DNA of 64,000 nt, taken from Fidelibacterota bacterium. GTDB taxonomy: Bacteria; Fidelibacterota; SORT01. The notes beneath the pieces were generated by a model. The model searched no databases. It was not told the DNA's origin and saw nothing but the letters and a program-made list of their open reading frames with translations. Every line of letters starts with the position of its first letter. Position 1 is the stretch's first letter. Location: the NCBI GenBank assembly GCA_022573815.1, contig JACZTG010000001.1:64882-128881 (forward strand), written 5' to 3'. Below are positions 20,394-30,078 of the stretch, one piece after another. A program made the translations under genes and the position numbers.

Positions 20394-22204
20394 TGTTAAG
20401 ACAACTGATATATACCATTCTTGTTGTCTTGATTTTCTTTGACGTCTCAATCGCTCAGAATGAGATAGAGATGGAGGCATCGGTTTCCCGCAGCGATCTA
20501 AGTTTAAAAGAGCGGTTTACATATAAGCTGGAAATTCGCGGCGAACGTCAGCTGAACTTACCGGATGTTGAAGTATCAGAATTCAATGATTTTTATATTG
20601 TAGGCGGACCGTCCCAATCAACCAATTTTTCGTATTTCAATGGCGAAATAAGTTCTTCGGCTACCTATACCTGGGTGCTGGAGCCAAAAAAGAATGGAAG
20701 TTTTAAAATAGAAGCGGCGACTCTAAGATATAGAGGTATGACGTACAAATCGGAATCCATCAGTATCAACGTATCATCTTCCCGTGGAAGAAAAAATCCG
20801 ATAACCGCTCAGGGCTTAAATCAAAAAGGCGGAAAGAAAAAGTCTACCTTTCTGGTGGCTTCAATTGATAAAGATAAGGTTTATAAAGGAGAGCAGGTAA
20901 CGGTTACATACAGAATTTATACCAGAGTACGGCTGGTTAATTTCAATACTCCGTCACCTCCGGAGGCAATCGGATTCTGGGTCGAAGAGATTCCTCAGCC
21001 GGCAAAACCATTGGTGGAAGAAGAAATAATCGATGGGGTTCGGTACAGTACCGCAGTCGTGGGACGATTCGCTTTATTTCCTACCCGTTCCGGTAAGCTG
21101 GAGTTAGCGGAGCTTCCCCTTGATTTCAAAGAGAGAGTTAAAAGGCGTCGCTCTAACAGTATATTTGATGATTTTTTCGATGATCCCTTTGGAAGATTTG
21201 TGAACAAACGCGTGCTGTCAAACAGCCTCAAAATAAACGTTCTTCCTCTTCCCGAGAAAGGAAAACCCGAAGATTTTTCCGGTGCAGTGGGTGATTTTAA
21301 AATAACAGCGGAAATTGTGGAATCTGAGGCGGAAGTAAATGACGCAATTACATTGAGGGTAAAGATTTCCGGAGCCGGAAACATTAAATCAACAAGGGCT
21401 CCCGTAATTGAGTTTCCCGATGGAGTGGAAATTTTCGAGCCTGAAATCAACCAGCAAAGTTCCGTTAAGCGGGGTCGCATATATGGGGAAAAGAATTACG
21501 AATACGTATTGATATTGCGTAAAGCGGGTCAAATGGAGCTTAATCGAATTGAATTGACTTATTTTAATCCGAAGAAGAATAAATATGAGGTGTCGAGGTC
21601 AAAGCCGATTATAATTGATGTTGAGGAAGGAGACCGTTCTTTTGTGGCAGTCAATCCGGGACTCACGAGAGAAGAGGTAGTTATAATAAGCAGCGATATA
21701 CGATTTATAAAAAGGGAAACTTCCGAATTCAGTAAAAGAAACGAAAAAATACTCGACACCGGCTGGCTGCTGTTCTGGGGAGTGTCTCCGATGTTCGCCC
21801 TCGCAGGAGCTTTTCTATTCAGAAGGCATCATGATCAGATGAGCACGAATGTCGCTTATCAAAGAAGGCGGCGCGTGTCCGGCGAATCAAGGAAAAGACT
21901 GAAAAAGGCTAAGGAAGCGTTGGAAGCGGGTAATCTGAAATCGTTTCATAATGAGGTCAGCAAGGTTCTGTTAGGTGCCGCAGCGGACAAATTAAATCTC
22001 CCGTTCGCAAACATTAATGTTGCTGAAATAGAGGATGTTCTCAAAAAAAGAGGGGCTGATGAAACATCTATTGCTGAGTTTAATACTCTAATAGCGTTAT
22101 GCCGGAAAGCAGTTTACTCTCCTGAGAATATTGAATTATACAATATGGATACCACATACGACAGGGCGGTAAAGTCCCTGGATAACTTATTAAAGGTGCT
22201 TTAA
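20393..22204 (+). CDS. batD: BatD-family oxygen-tolerance protein
   Basis: 603 aa. N-terminal signal, a long extracytoplasmic region, and a C-terminal TM helix WLLFWGVSPMFALAGAFLF. Position in the Bat operon. Confidence 0.7.
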   Translation: MLRQLIYTILVVLIFFDVSIAQNEIEMEASVSRSDLSLKERFTYKLEIRGERQLNLPDVEVSEFNDFYIVGGPSQSTNFSYFNGEISSSATYTWVLEPKKNGSFKIEAATLRYRGMTYKSESISINVSSSRGRKNPITAQGLNQKGGKKKSTFLVASIDKDKVYKGEQVTVTYRIYTRVRLVNFNTPSPPEAIGFWVEEIPQPAKPLVEEEIIDGVRYSTAVVGRFALFPTRSGKLELAELPLDFKERVKRRRSNSIFDDFFDDPFGRFVNKRVLSNSLKINVLPLPEKGKPEDFSGAVGDFKITAEIVESEAEVNDAITLRVKISGAGNIKSTRAPVIEFPDGVEIFEPEINQQSSVKRGRIYGEKNYEYVLILRKAGQMELNRIELTYFNPKKNKYEVSRSKPIIIDVEEGDRSFVAVNPGLTREEVVIISSDIRFIKRETSEFSKRNEKILDTGWLLFWGVSPMFALAGAFLFRRHHDQMSTNVAYQRRRRVSGESRKRLKKAKEALEAGNLKSFHNEVSKVLLGAAADKLNLPFANINVAEIEDVLKKRGADETSIAEFNTLIALCRKAVYSPENIELYNMDTTYDRAVKSLDNLLKVL

Positions 22205-22206
22205 AT

Positions 22207-22965
22207 ATGCTTAATAAGATGATATTATACCTTCTTCTTGTTTTTATCAGCAGTGAGGCGGGCGCACAATCACCGGCAGAATTATTTCATAACGGAAATC
22301 TTCAATATGAAAAAGGTGAATACGATAAGGCGGCTGATAATTATCGTTCTATTGTCAACAGTGGGGTAGAAAGCCCGGAGGTCTGGTACAATCTCGGAAA
22401 CAGTTACTACAAACTTAATATGTTGGGACCGACAGTATTATCGTATGAAAGGGCAAAACGATTAGCGCCTCAGGATGAAAGCATTAATTATAATTTAAAA
22501 GCGGTAAATCTGTTGATAACGGATAAAATAACTCCATTACCGGAGAATTTTCTAATAACGGGAGCTCGAAATATACTGGGCTCGCTTACTTCAGCAGGAT
22601 TACTGCGATTTTTACTGACGGTTTATCTTGCCTCAATTCTGATTTACATATTAACTTTATTTATGTCTTCAGGCAGACCAAAAAGAGTATCGTATTTAGT
22701 ATTAGGAGCGCTCGGATTTTCGTTTGTTGTTACCGCCGTCATCACAGGAGTGAAGATAGATACCGATTTAAATAATAAAAGAGCGGTAGTAATGGTCACC
22801 GAGATGTCCGTCGCAAGTGCGCCCGAAGAGATAGGAGAAGAGTTGTTCATCCTTCACGAGGGTACCGCAGTCGAAATTATCGGCGGTAGTGAAAGTTGGG
22901 CGCAGATAAAGATCGTTGATGGAAAAGCGGGATGGGTGCCCACTGAAATGTTAGAAGTAATCTAA
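22207..22965 (+). CDS. batE: TPR + TM + C-terminal SH3-like domain protein BatE
   Basis: TPR repeats, central TM helices, and a C-terminal SH3b-like segment SWAQIKIVDGKAGWVP. Confidence 0.65.
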   Translation: MLNKMILYLLLVFISSEAGAQSPAELFHNGNLQYEKGEYDKAADNYRSIVNSGVESPEVWYNLGNSYYKLNMLGPTVLSYERAKRLAPQDESINYNLKAVNLLITDKITPLPENFLITGARNILGSLTSAGLLRFLLTVYLASILIYILTLFMSSGRPKRVSYLVLGALGFSFVVTAVITGVKIDTDLNNKRAVVMVTEMSVASAPEEIGEELFILHEGTAVEIIGGSESWAQIKIVDGKAGWVPTEMLEVI

Positions 22966-22967
22966 AA

Positions 22968-23495
22968 TTGAAATATTATATCCAAACTCTATTATCATTG
23001 TTGATAGCCGTCAGCGCTATCTCAGGGTGTACGGCAGGATCAATAACAGAGCATAATTCAGATAACAGAGCCGGACATACGGTTAACGGATGGTTTGATC
23101 CTCTATCTCTGAATGACGACGATATAATTATCAATGGAGCGGATATGCCCGCTTTTTCTAACAGATCAAAAGAGTTATCCGATACGAGTAATATTGATTA
23201 TAACATTATGGTTGCGGGCTATCGAGTACAAGTTTATACGACCCAAAATATTAGTGAAGCCGATAGTATACTTACTCTTACGGATTCTTTGTTTAACGGA
23301 GAGGCATATCTTCAATTTGACGCTCCTTTATACAAAATTAGGGTAGGTAACCTTAAATCACGAGCAAATGCTGAAACATTACAACTCGTTACGAGGAAAA
23401 AAGGTTTTCCGAGATCATGGGTATTACGAACAAGGGTATTTATGAATTTGAGGCAGCCGAAAGAAAAAGACTCAGCCGAACTGTTAGAGGAGTAA
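22968..23495 (+). CDS. SPOR-domain lipoprotein (peptidoglycan binding)
   Basis: Lipobox ISGC. C-terminal SPOR-like segment YRVQVYTTQNISEADSIL...YKIRVGNLKSRANAE. TTG start. Confidence 0.55.
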   Translation: MKYYIQTLLSLLIAVSAISGCTAGSITEHNSDNRAGHTVNGWFDPLSLNDDDIIINGADMPAFSNRSKELSDTSNIDYNIMVAGYRVQVYTTQNISEADSILTLTDSLFNGEAYLQFDAPLYKIRVGNLKSRANAETLQLVTRKKGFPRSWVLRTRVFMNLRQPKEKDSAELLEE

Positions 23496-23564
23496 TCTTC
23501 TAATCTCTGCTCAGCTACTTTTCTTATTATTCTCAAACTTTTTAATTAGACTTAAGCCGCAATA

Positions 23565-24557
23565 ATGGATCTCCGAAATAAATCCACTCTTATCAAGTTG
23601 CTCGTCACACTGCTATTGATATATTTTCTGTATAATTTTATTAATGTATCATTCGAAGATATAAGTAATTCGATTCTCCATGCGAAGAAACAATTTTTGA
23701 TTGCAGCAGCTCTTCTAATGCCGGTGACGATATTGCTGCAGATTATAAAATGGTATCAGCTTTTGCGTGATCAGGAAGCTCGAGTGCCGTTCAAAAGCGC
23801 AGCAGTTTCCCATCTATCGGGAATGGCGCTCGGCATAGTGACTCCGGCGAGAATCGGAGAGCTTGGAAGAGCATGGTTTCTGCGGGAACTCCCACAGATA
23901 AAAGTTTTCAGCCTGACTATTCTGGATAAATTTTACTCAACATTAGCGTATTTCAGTATAGGAGTTTTCAGCTTATATATGTTTTTTGTACCGAATAATG
24001 ATTTTAGCATATTCCAGACGGCAGCAGTCGCATTGGCAATGACAGCGATTTATACCTTTATTTTATTGGCGTTAATCAAACCGCAGATTGTGGGATATGC
24101 ATTTAACAAGTATCCTGATTTTTTACCGAGAAAAGAGCTGTTCAGCAAGATCGCCGCAGTTATGGCTCAGGTTGTCAGGAAAAAAGTATTGCTTGTTTAC
24201 GCATTAGGTAGCGGAGTTTGGTCGTTAGTAGTGTTTCAACTCTGGTTACTTGTGAATGCGTTCAGCGAGGTCAGTTTTTTCATCGGGATAAATAACGCTT
24301 CTGCGGCACATTTTACGAAAACGCTTTTTCCTGTCACATTTGGAGAATTGGGGGTGAGGGAAGCAACTGTAATATATTTTTTTAAAAATCAGGGAGTCAC
24401 AGAATCAGCGGCGGTAAGCGCGGCGTTGTTACTGCTCCTGTTGAATGTTTTGATACCTTCATTAGTGGGAGTCACATTTATAACACGGTTAAGATGGGGC
24501 AATTCGTCAAATATTGGTAAAGGAAAAACGAACGATTCAGTGGAAGTAATTAAGTGA
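23565..24557 (+). CDS. Flippase-like / lysylphosphatidylglycerol-synthase transmembrane-region family protein (UPF0104)
   Basis: 330 aa with about 8 TM helices. GMALGIVTPARIGELGRAWFL is characteristic of the LPG_synthase_TM family. Confidence 0.55.
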   Translation: MDLRNKSTLIKLLVTLLLIYFLYNFINVSFEDISNSILHAKKQFLIAAALLMPVTILLQIIKWYQLLRDQEARVPFKSAAVSHLSGMALGIVTPARIGELGRAWFLRELPQIKVFSLTILDKFYSTLAYFSIGVFSLYMFFVPNNDFSIFQTAAVALAMTAIYTFILLALIKPQIVGYAFNKYPDFLPRKELFSKIAAVMAQVVRKKVLLVYALGSGVWSLVVFQLWLLVNAFSEVSFFIGINNASAAHFTKTLFPVTFGELGVREATVIYFFKNQGVTESAAVSAALLLLLLNVLIPSLVGVTFITRLRWGNSSNIGKGKTNDSVEVIK

Positions 24558-26158
24558 TTAGTCTGTTGCTTCCTATTTTAGCTTACGCTGAAATACACTA
24601 TAAATGGAAGTATTTTCCAAGCAGATTATTTATGAAACGGCCGGAAATTATCGCGGATATTCCATTCAGAATCAACCCGGATACTTCTTTACCCTTACTC
24701 TGCATTATAAAAGACGCCAATAGATTTCCTACTCGGTTGAATGATATTGAAATAGACCTTGAAGATGAAAAGGGATATAAACAATCAATCAAATTCAATT
24801 ATGATGGACAGCCGATTACAAAACGGTATTGGAGCGAGGTAATTAATATAGAACTTTCGGATGAGCTGCAGGGCAGAGTGAAAGTGAATGTAAGATTTTC
24901 TTTGTCGGATGAAAATGATAAAAAATATTTCGTTCTGAATGATAATCTGAAAGGTTTATCTCCGTTAAAACTGGAATTTGTTCGCGGTAAAAATGCGTTG
25001 CCGAGAATAGACGGTTGGCATTACGGAGATTTTCATATTCATACTGATTTCACTGATGATAAAGTCGAATTCGGGGCGCCGATAGACGCTTCTGCCAGAT
25101 TGTCCAAATCACTCGGGTTAGATTTTTTTGTTGTTGCCGATCATTCATATAATCTTGATAATTCTATGGAGAATCCGTATGAAAACGACTCCTCTATTCC
25201 GCGTTGGAAAGTTTCACGCGATTTGATTGATAATTTTGACACAGAAGAAGGGGCTCTGCCGTTGCCGGCTGAAGAGGTATCTTGCGGAAATGCTCGTGGA
25301 GAAAATGTTCATCTCTTAGTGCTGAATTCACCGCATTTTATTCCGGGAAGCGGAGATAGTGAAGATGATTATCCTAATATGAAGCCAACGTTAACTATCA
25401 CTGAGACACTTGATTTGATGGGAGAAGATGCTGTGGCAATCGCTGCGCATCCATTCGATAAACCTTCTATCGGTCAAAAATTGATTTTTAATCGCGGAAG
25501 TTGGTCAAAGAAGGATTTGCTCGATGACAGAATAGCGGGGTTACAAATTTTAAATGGTTTGCCCGACGATGTATTTTATAAAGGGTTAAAAGTTTGGAAA
25601 GAACTGCTGCTTGAAGGGCGCAGGAAAACAATATTTGCGGGAAACGATGCCCATGGAAATTTCAATACCTTCAGGCAGATAAAGATTCCATTTCTAACCA
25701 TGCACCAACATAAAAATCAATTATTCGGTCAAGTGCGAACTGCTCTAAATCATAACGGGATTGTTCAAGCGAAAAGCCTTCTTGAAGCGATAGCTGCCGG
25801 TCGAGCACAGATAACAACAGGTCCACTTTCGGAGCTGATTTTGATTGATAAAAACGATAAAACCTATGGTGTGGGAGATGAGGCTGCTGCCGGAGAATAT
25901 AATCTCAAACTGAAGGTTGTGTCCTCAGCTGAATTCGGCAGATTGAAAAATATTCTTATTATTATCGGAGATTATGCTGAAAAATCTGAAACGGTCAGTA
26001 AAGAGCTGACTGATTTCGAAACAGATTATGAATATGAGAATAGATTTAACATCGGAAATTTAAAAGCGGGTTATATTCGGATGGAAGCTTACACGATCAA
26101 AAATGGGAAAGAATGTTTTTCTCTGACCAATCCGATTTGGATTGGAAGCGGTGGTTAA
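24554..26158 (+). CDS. PHP-domain (polymerase/histidinol-phosphatase-like) metal-dependent phosphoesterase-like protein with a large N-terminal extension
   Basis: HYGDFHIHTDFTDD followed by VVADHSY is a PHP-type His/Asp metal-binding pattern. About 150 aa N-terminal of unknown function. GTG start. Confidence 0.5.
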   Translation: MISLLLPILAYAEIHYKWKYFPSRLFMKRPEIIADIPFRINPDTSLPLLCIIKDANRFPTRLNDIEIDLEDEKGYKQSIKFNYDGQPITKRYWSEVINIELSDELQGRVKVNVRFSLSDENDKKYFVLNDNLKGLSPLKLEFVRGKNALPRIDGWHYGDFHIHTDFTDDKVEFGAPIDASARLSKSLGLDFFVVADHSYNLDNSMENPYENDSSIPRWKVSRDLIDNFDTEEGALPLPAEEVSCGNARGENVHLLVLNSPHFIPGSGDSEDDYPNMKPTLTITETLDLMGEDAVAIAAHPFDKPSIGQKLIFNRGSWSKKDLLDDRIAGLQILNGLPDDVFYKGLKVWKELLLEGRRKTIFAGNDAHGNFNTFRQIKIPFLTMHQHKNQLFGQVRTALNHNGIVQAKSLLEAIAAGRAQITTGPLSELILIDKNDKTYGVGDEAAAGEYNLKLKVVSSAEFGRLKNILIIIGDYAEKSETVSKELTDFETDYEYENRFNIGNLKAGYIRMEAYTIKNGKECFSLTNPIWIGSGG

Positions 26159-27417
26159 GACATTATTTTCGAATAGTGATCTTCTACTTCAGAAAGATTT
26201 ATCAAGTCCATAAACGCTGAAAAATTAAATAAGGTAACAAGATATCTCATATCTTTAATCCATCCGGGTAAGTATTGAGGCGGTTTAACGATTCCTTTTT
26301 GACTCAATTCATAAAGAATAGGAACATTTTCTGCTATAAGCTTGCCGGTAAACAGAAATCGCACTAATTCCGGCCTGCCTTTTTTTAAAGCAACACGAAT
26401 AAAATTATTAATTCTCACAAGACCATCGAGATAGGCTACATCTTTCGTAAATGGAGCGCCGCCCTCCATTAATCCTCCTCTTATACATCTCGCTGCGGCA
26501 TCAAAGGATTCTGGTTCACCGAAATTATTTTCGAGATAAAAATTGTAAAGATCAATGAAATCGGCTCCCTCTTCGCACATTTTAATAGCGATAGTTCTAT
26601 ATGCCAATTTTTTCACACGTATGGGATCAATCTGCTGGCTCATAAATTCGGCGAAAACAGCCAAACCTTCCTGATATATTGTTGTTCTTGGAGTTCCTTT
26701 AGCAAGAAATTTAAGCACTCCCTGAGAAGCGCCGTTCAATGTAGTTGCAAGGTGGACTTCTCCTTCGTGATGCAGCAATTGATACACTTGTCTGCGAGTG
26801 TATGTGGCGCTTTTTTTAAGTTTAATATAGTCCGCTCCGGCAGCGGCATCGGCTGTCATACGATTGGAGATAACCACTTTGATTTTTCGGTTAGGGAATA
26901 TATCCTCCAAATATGCGAGCAGCAGGTCTCTGGCATCTGCGGAATCAATCCGCTCATCGGAAAAATTCGTATCCGGATCTTCCGGAAACTCTATTCCGTC
27001 AAATCCTTTCTGTATGTGGTTTGCAAGATCCAAAATGGATACGTTTCCGCCGACATAGCAATAATCAGGATATCCGAAAAGGTCTTTCGAATACTTGAAA
27101 AAATCCATTGTACCTCTTGATTCGAGCATTCGTATTGTAAGTATATACTCTGCACAAGTGTTGTAAATCATATTTTCAATCGGATTTGATTTATCAAGTT
27201 TCGACTGAATATCAACAAACATCTCCTTGCGCTGACTCGCATTCCACCTTAACGGCGGATATTCGTATCTTGGCAATCTTTTGAATTTACGGGCGAGAAA
27301 CCGCTTTTTTACTCTGTCAGGGATATGTATGGAAGAAATTATGCGAATGGGACGTTGGGCTCTGACAAGAGCGATACTCGCGGAACGTAGAAAACTTTTA
27401 TAAGATTTCTTTTTCAT
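26155..27417 (-). CDS. DUF1704 / flavohemoglobin expression-modulating QEGLA-motif family protein
   Basis: Contains the family-defining IYQEGLAVFAEFM motif. 420 aa. Confidence 0.7.
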   Translation of the reverse strand: MKKKSYKSFLRSASIALVRAQRPIRIISSIHIPDRVKKRFLARKFKRLPRYEYPPLRWNASQRKEMFVDIQSKLDKSNPIENMIYNTCAEYILTIRMLESRGTMDFFKYSKDLFGYPDYCYVGGNVSILDLANHIQKGFDGIEFPEDPDTNFSDERIDSADARDLLLAYLEDIFPNRKIKVVISNRMTADAAAGADYIKLKKSATYTRRQVYQLLHHEGEVHLATTLNGASQGVLKFLAKGTPRTTIYQEGLAVFAEFMSQQIDPIRVKKLAYRTIAIKMCEEGADFIDLYNFYLENNFGEPESFDAAARCIRGGLMEGGAPFTKDVAYLDGLVRINNFIRVALKKGRPELVRFLFTGKLIAENVPILYELSQKGIVKPPQYLPGWIKDMRYLVTLFNFSAFMDLINLSEVEDHYSKIMS

Positions 27418-27452
27418 TTATTGGAATTCGCGGAAAAGATACTCGCAAACTG

Positions 27453-28424
27453 TTATTTATTTTTCCCCCAAAATTCATCAAGAACTTTCTTTCTTTTCCT
27501 CTGCTTTTTAAGCCCCTTTTTTATTTCAGCGCTAAATTTGTTATCGGTGTCAAGCTCAAGCGCTTTTTCATAAAATGAAAGAATGTTTTCAAAGTCTTTA
27601 TCGTCTTTCTTCAGATACCCCAAAGCAAGATAATAATTGGCTTCAGCGGATGATGATCTGATTTCAGCTGCCTTGCCAAATTCGACAATGGCGTCCCAGA
27701 TTTGCCATTTACTTCCTTTTTTATAAAGGAATAATCCGTTAGACATATAAGAGAGATACTTGATATCAGCGTCATCGCGGTTATTTGCAATAGCAATATC
27801 TAAAAGCTTTTTGGCTGTGACATAATTGTTTTTATCATACGCCCGTTTGCCCTTTGTATAATTTTTCTCAGCAAGTTCTCTTTGCGCTGCTATCTTATTT
27901 CTGCCATCTTCGATGACGGATTTTTCAGCGCCGTATTTTCCGGCTTCATCATATATATCGGAAGCTTTATTCAGTAAACCATATATTACGTAAGCGTGAG
28001 CGAGTGCGATAACAGTTTTTGAATCTTTCTTATTCAGATTATAGGACATTTGGAGAAGTGAGACAGCGCCAATCAGTTCCCCGCTCGCTAAGCTGGCTTC
28101 GCTTTCCTTGAGATAGATTTTCTGCAATATTCGAATCGCTTCTTTATGGTTAGGATTAAATTTCACGGCTGCAATAAATTCCTCAAGAGCGCCTTTATGT
28201 TTCTTTTTCGCCTGTAATGTCATTCCCAACATATAATGCGCCTGTGCGTTCTCCGGATTGGCTTCAAGAGCAAGTCTGTACGCTTTTTCGGCATTGAGAT
28301 AGTCACCCGAAGCGTAATATGTGTCCGCCTCTTTAAGTCCTCCGCCCGCACAAGAAAAAGCGAAACCGAGTAACGCTATGAGAGTGAAAGAAAATACTTT
28401 TATCTGTTTTTTTGTCATTTTCAA
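27453..28424 (-). CDS. TPR-repeat lipoprotein
   Basis: Signal peptide plus lipobox LGFAFSCAGG. Multiple TPR repeats. Confidence 0.6.
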   Translation of the reverse strand: MKMTKKQIKVFSFTLIALLGFAFSCAGGGLKEADTYYASGDYLNAEKAYRLALEANPENAQAHYMLGMTLQAKKKHKGALEEFIAAVKFNPNHKEAIRILQKIYLKESEASLASGELIGAVSLLQMSYNLNKKDSKTVIALAHAYVIYGLLNKASDIYDEAGKYGAEKSVIEDGRNKIAAQRELAEKNYTKGKRAYDKNNYVTAKKLLDIAIANNRDDADIKYLSYMSNGLFLYKKGSKWQIWDAIVEFGKAAEIRSSSAEANYYLALGYLKKDDKDFENILSFYEKALELDTDNKFSAEIKKGLKKQRKRKKVLDEFWGKNK

Positions 28425-28440
28425 TCCATATCACTGTTCC

Positions 28441-28470
28441 AAATAAAAGGGCAGGCACGTATGCCTGCCG
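28441..28470 (-). terminator. Rho-independent terminator downstream of the DUF350 gene (minus strand)
   Basis: Perfect 8-bp GC-rich stem GGCAGGCA/TGCCTGCC (28450-28457 and 28462-28469) with a 4-nt loop. On the minus strand it is followed by CTTTTATTT. Confidence 0.55.
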
Positions 28471-28500
28471 CTAAAATTTGGATATTTACATCCGGCTAAA

Positions 28501-28731
28501 CTATATAACTCTATGTACTAATATTCCTACCATTAAGATCAGAGTCACCATAATGGCTGCAACGCCATAATTCTTATTCTTAATTTCAGCCCATTCATCA
28601 ATGTCTGTTGAGAGCCAGTTAAATACTTTTAAAGAAAGCCCTACTCCGACGGCAAATCCGACAGAAGCCACTATGGCCCATACTAATGACCAAAAGTAAC
28701 CGGCTAATCTTGTCATAATATCCATATCCAT
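28501..28731 (-). CDS. DUF350-family small membrane protein
   Basis: 76 aa with two TM helices. The pattern matches DUF350. Confidence 0.55.
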   Translation of the reverse strand: MDMDIMTRLAGYFWSLVWAIVASVGFAVGVGLSLKVFNWLSTDIDEWAEIKNKNYGVAAIMVTLILMVGILVHRVI

Positions 28732-28750
28732 TTAATACCTCCTTATGATA

Positions 28751-29173
28751 TTAATACCAGCTCACTTTTGAGCTTACAAATTGGTTTGTACTAATCTTCT
28801 TATTCAGCAATTTCAAAATGTCTTCGGATCCTGCTGAGAGAAAAATCTTTTCATCATCTTTTTTAGAAATATTTAACACGATATTTACACCTTCAACATT
28901 CGTATTAGTTTTTTGCATAGCAATCCCCGATGCATAAAAACCTACTAACATTACCCTGTCAATATCAGTTCTCCGTGATTCAAGATTTAGTAGAAAATGG
29001 CGTTTACCGCCATTATCAACGAACTTCATGCGGTCATACGCCACATGTAAGCCCTGAGTCCTGAATACCTTCTGAACGCTGCTAAAGAAAGCATAATCGC
29101 TAGCTTGAATAATTCCTGAGAAGAGAAGTACAAGCAGCATTCCTATTACAACAATAAGCCGCTTATTTTTCAA
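28751..29173 (-). CDS. Hypothetical exported protein
   Basis: Signal peptide MKNKRLIVVIGMLLVLLFSGIIQA. First gene of the minus-strand block. Confidence 0.4.
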   Translation of the reverse strand: MKNKRLIVVIGMLLVLLFSGIIQASDYAFFSSVQKVFRTQGLHVAYDRMKFVDNGGKRHFLLNLESRRTDIDRVMLVGFYASGIAMQKTNTNVEGVNIVLNISKKDDEKIFLSAGSEDILKLLNKKISTNQFVSSKVSWY

Positions 29174-29358
29174 GATGACTCCTCCATTAAGTTAGATGTT
29201 TGATAAAAATAGCAGAATTTACTGCAATTATTTATATCAACTACGGACAATGATAAGATTTAGTTTCAGATAAGTCAAGAAAATTTTCCCTATCGGTTTA
29301 TCTAAGTTTAACAAATATTTGTCAAATCCATTGATTAACGTTAAATTAAACCACTGTA

Positions 29359-29940
29359 ATGATGACAATATTCATATTTAAACGATTAGGTTACTTTAGA
29401 TGTATCATTGTAGCTGTTATAGTTCTGTTCGCTGTTGGATGCGGAGGAATGAAACCAAATCCAATTTTTAATTCGGGTAAAAGTACAGCCCCGGCGTCTA
29501 AACGGGTCAAGAATCACGGAAAATCAAAAAATCCTGCTTTACTCAGAGCCGGAAGGCTCAGATCGCCTAAGAAAGCTTTAATGCTAAAATCCATACGCAG
29601 CTACCAGGGCGTGCCTTACTTATGGGCAGGGGATACTAAGAGGGGAATGGACTGTTCGGGCTTTACAATGAAAGTATTTCAGGAGTCATCCAACTATACT
29701 TTACCGCATAATGCTGCCGCTCAATATAAATTAGGTTCTAAAGTAAATATAAGGCAGCTGAAGCTTGGCGACCTCGTTTTTTTCAGGGACATTGAATCAA
29801 AAGGGGTAAGCCATGTGGGGATTTACGTTGGTGACAATAAATTTGCTCACGCAAGTCTATCAAAAGGAGTAGTTTACTCATCTATGAATCAGGAATATTA
29901 CCGAAAACGTTATGTATCAGCAAGACGTATTCTTAAGTAA
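29359..29940 (+). CDS. NlpC/P60 (C40) family cell-wall peptidase
   Basis: Catalytic Cys in DCSGF, His in HVGIYVG, and the GDLVFF motif. Signal peptide. Confidence 0.8.
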   Translation: MMTIFIFKRLGYFRCIIVAVIVLFAVGCGGMKPNPIFNSGKSTAPASKRVKNHGKSKNPALLRAGRLRSPKKALMLKSIRSYQGVPYLWAGDTKRGMDCSGFTMKVFQESSNYTLPHNAAAQYKLGSKVNIRQLKLGDLVFFRDIESKGVSHVGIYVGDNKFAHASLSKGVVYSSMNQEYYRKRYVSARRILK

Positions 29941-29991
29941 AACAGTTCAATTATGATTTACCTCAAAACCCGATTTTTACGGGTAAAAGTG

Positions 29992-30026
29992 TTGACAGAT
30001 GGTTTTAATTCTCGTAGATTACCAAA
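29992..30026 (+). promoter_or_regulatory. Putative sigma70-type promoter upstream of efp
   Basis: TTGACA at 29992, 17-nt spacer, then TAGATT. This is a sequence match only. Confidence 0.25.
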
Positions 30027-30078
30027 ATTCCAAATTATGTTCGTTTAAAACAGTGAAGAATTGAGGGAAAACAGGTAA

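Noticed and set aside
26752-27120. Three + strand ORFs (26752-27120, 26864-27058, 26913-27098) inside the DUF1704 gene
   Set aside because: All are antisense or overlapping frames of a gene whose family motif (QEGLA) is intact on the minus strand.
29960-29985. Hairpin ACCCG-atttt-CGGGT downstream of the NlpC/P60 gene considered as a terminator
   Set aside because: The stem has only 5 bp and is not followed by a U-tract on the + strand. At best it is a weak structure.
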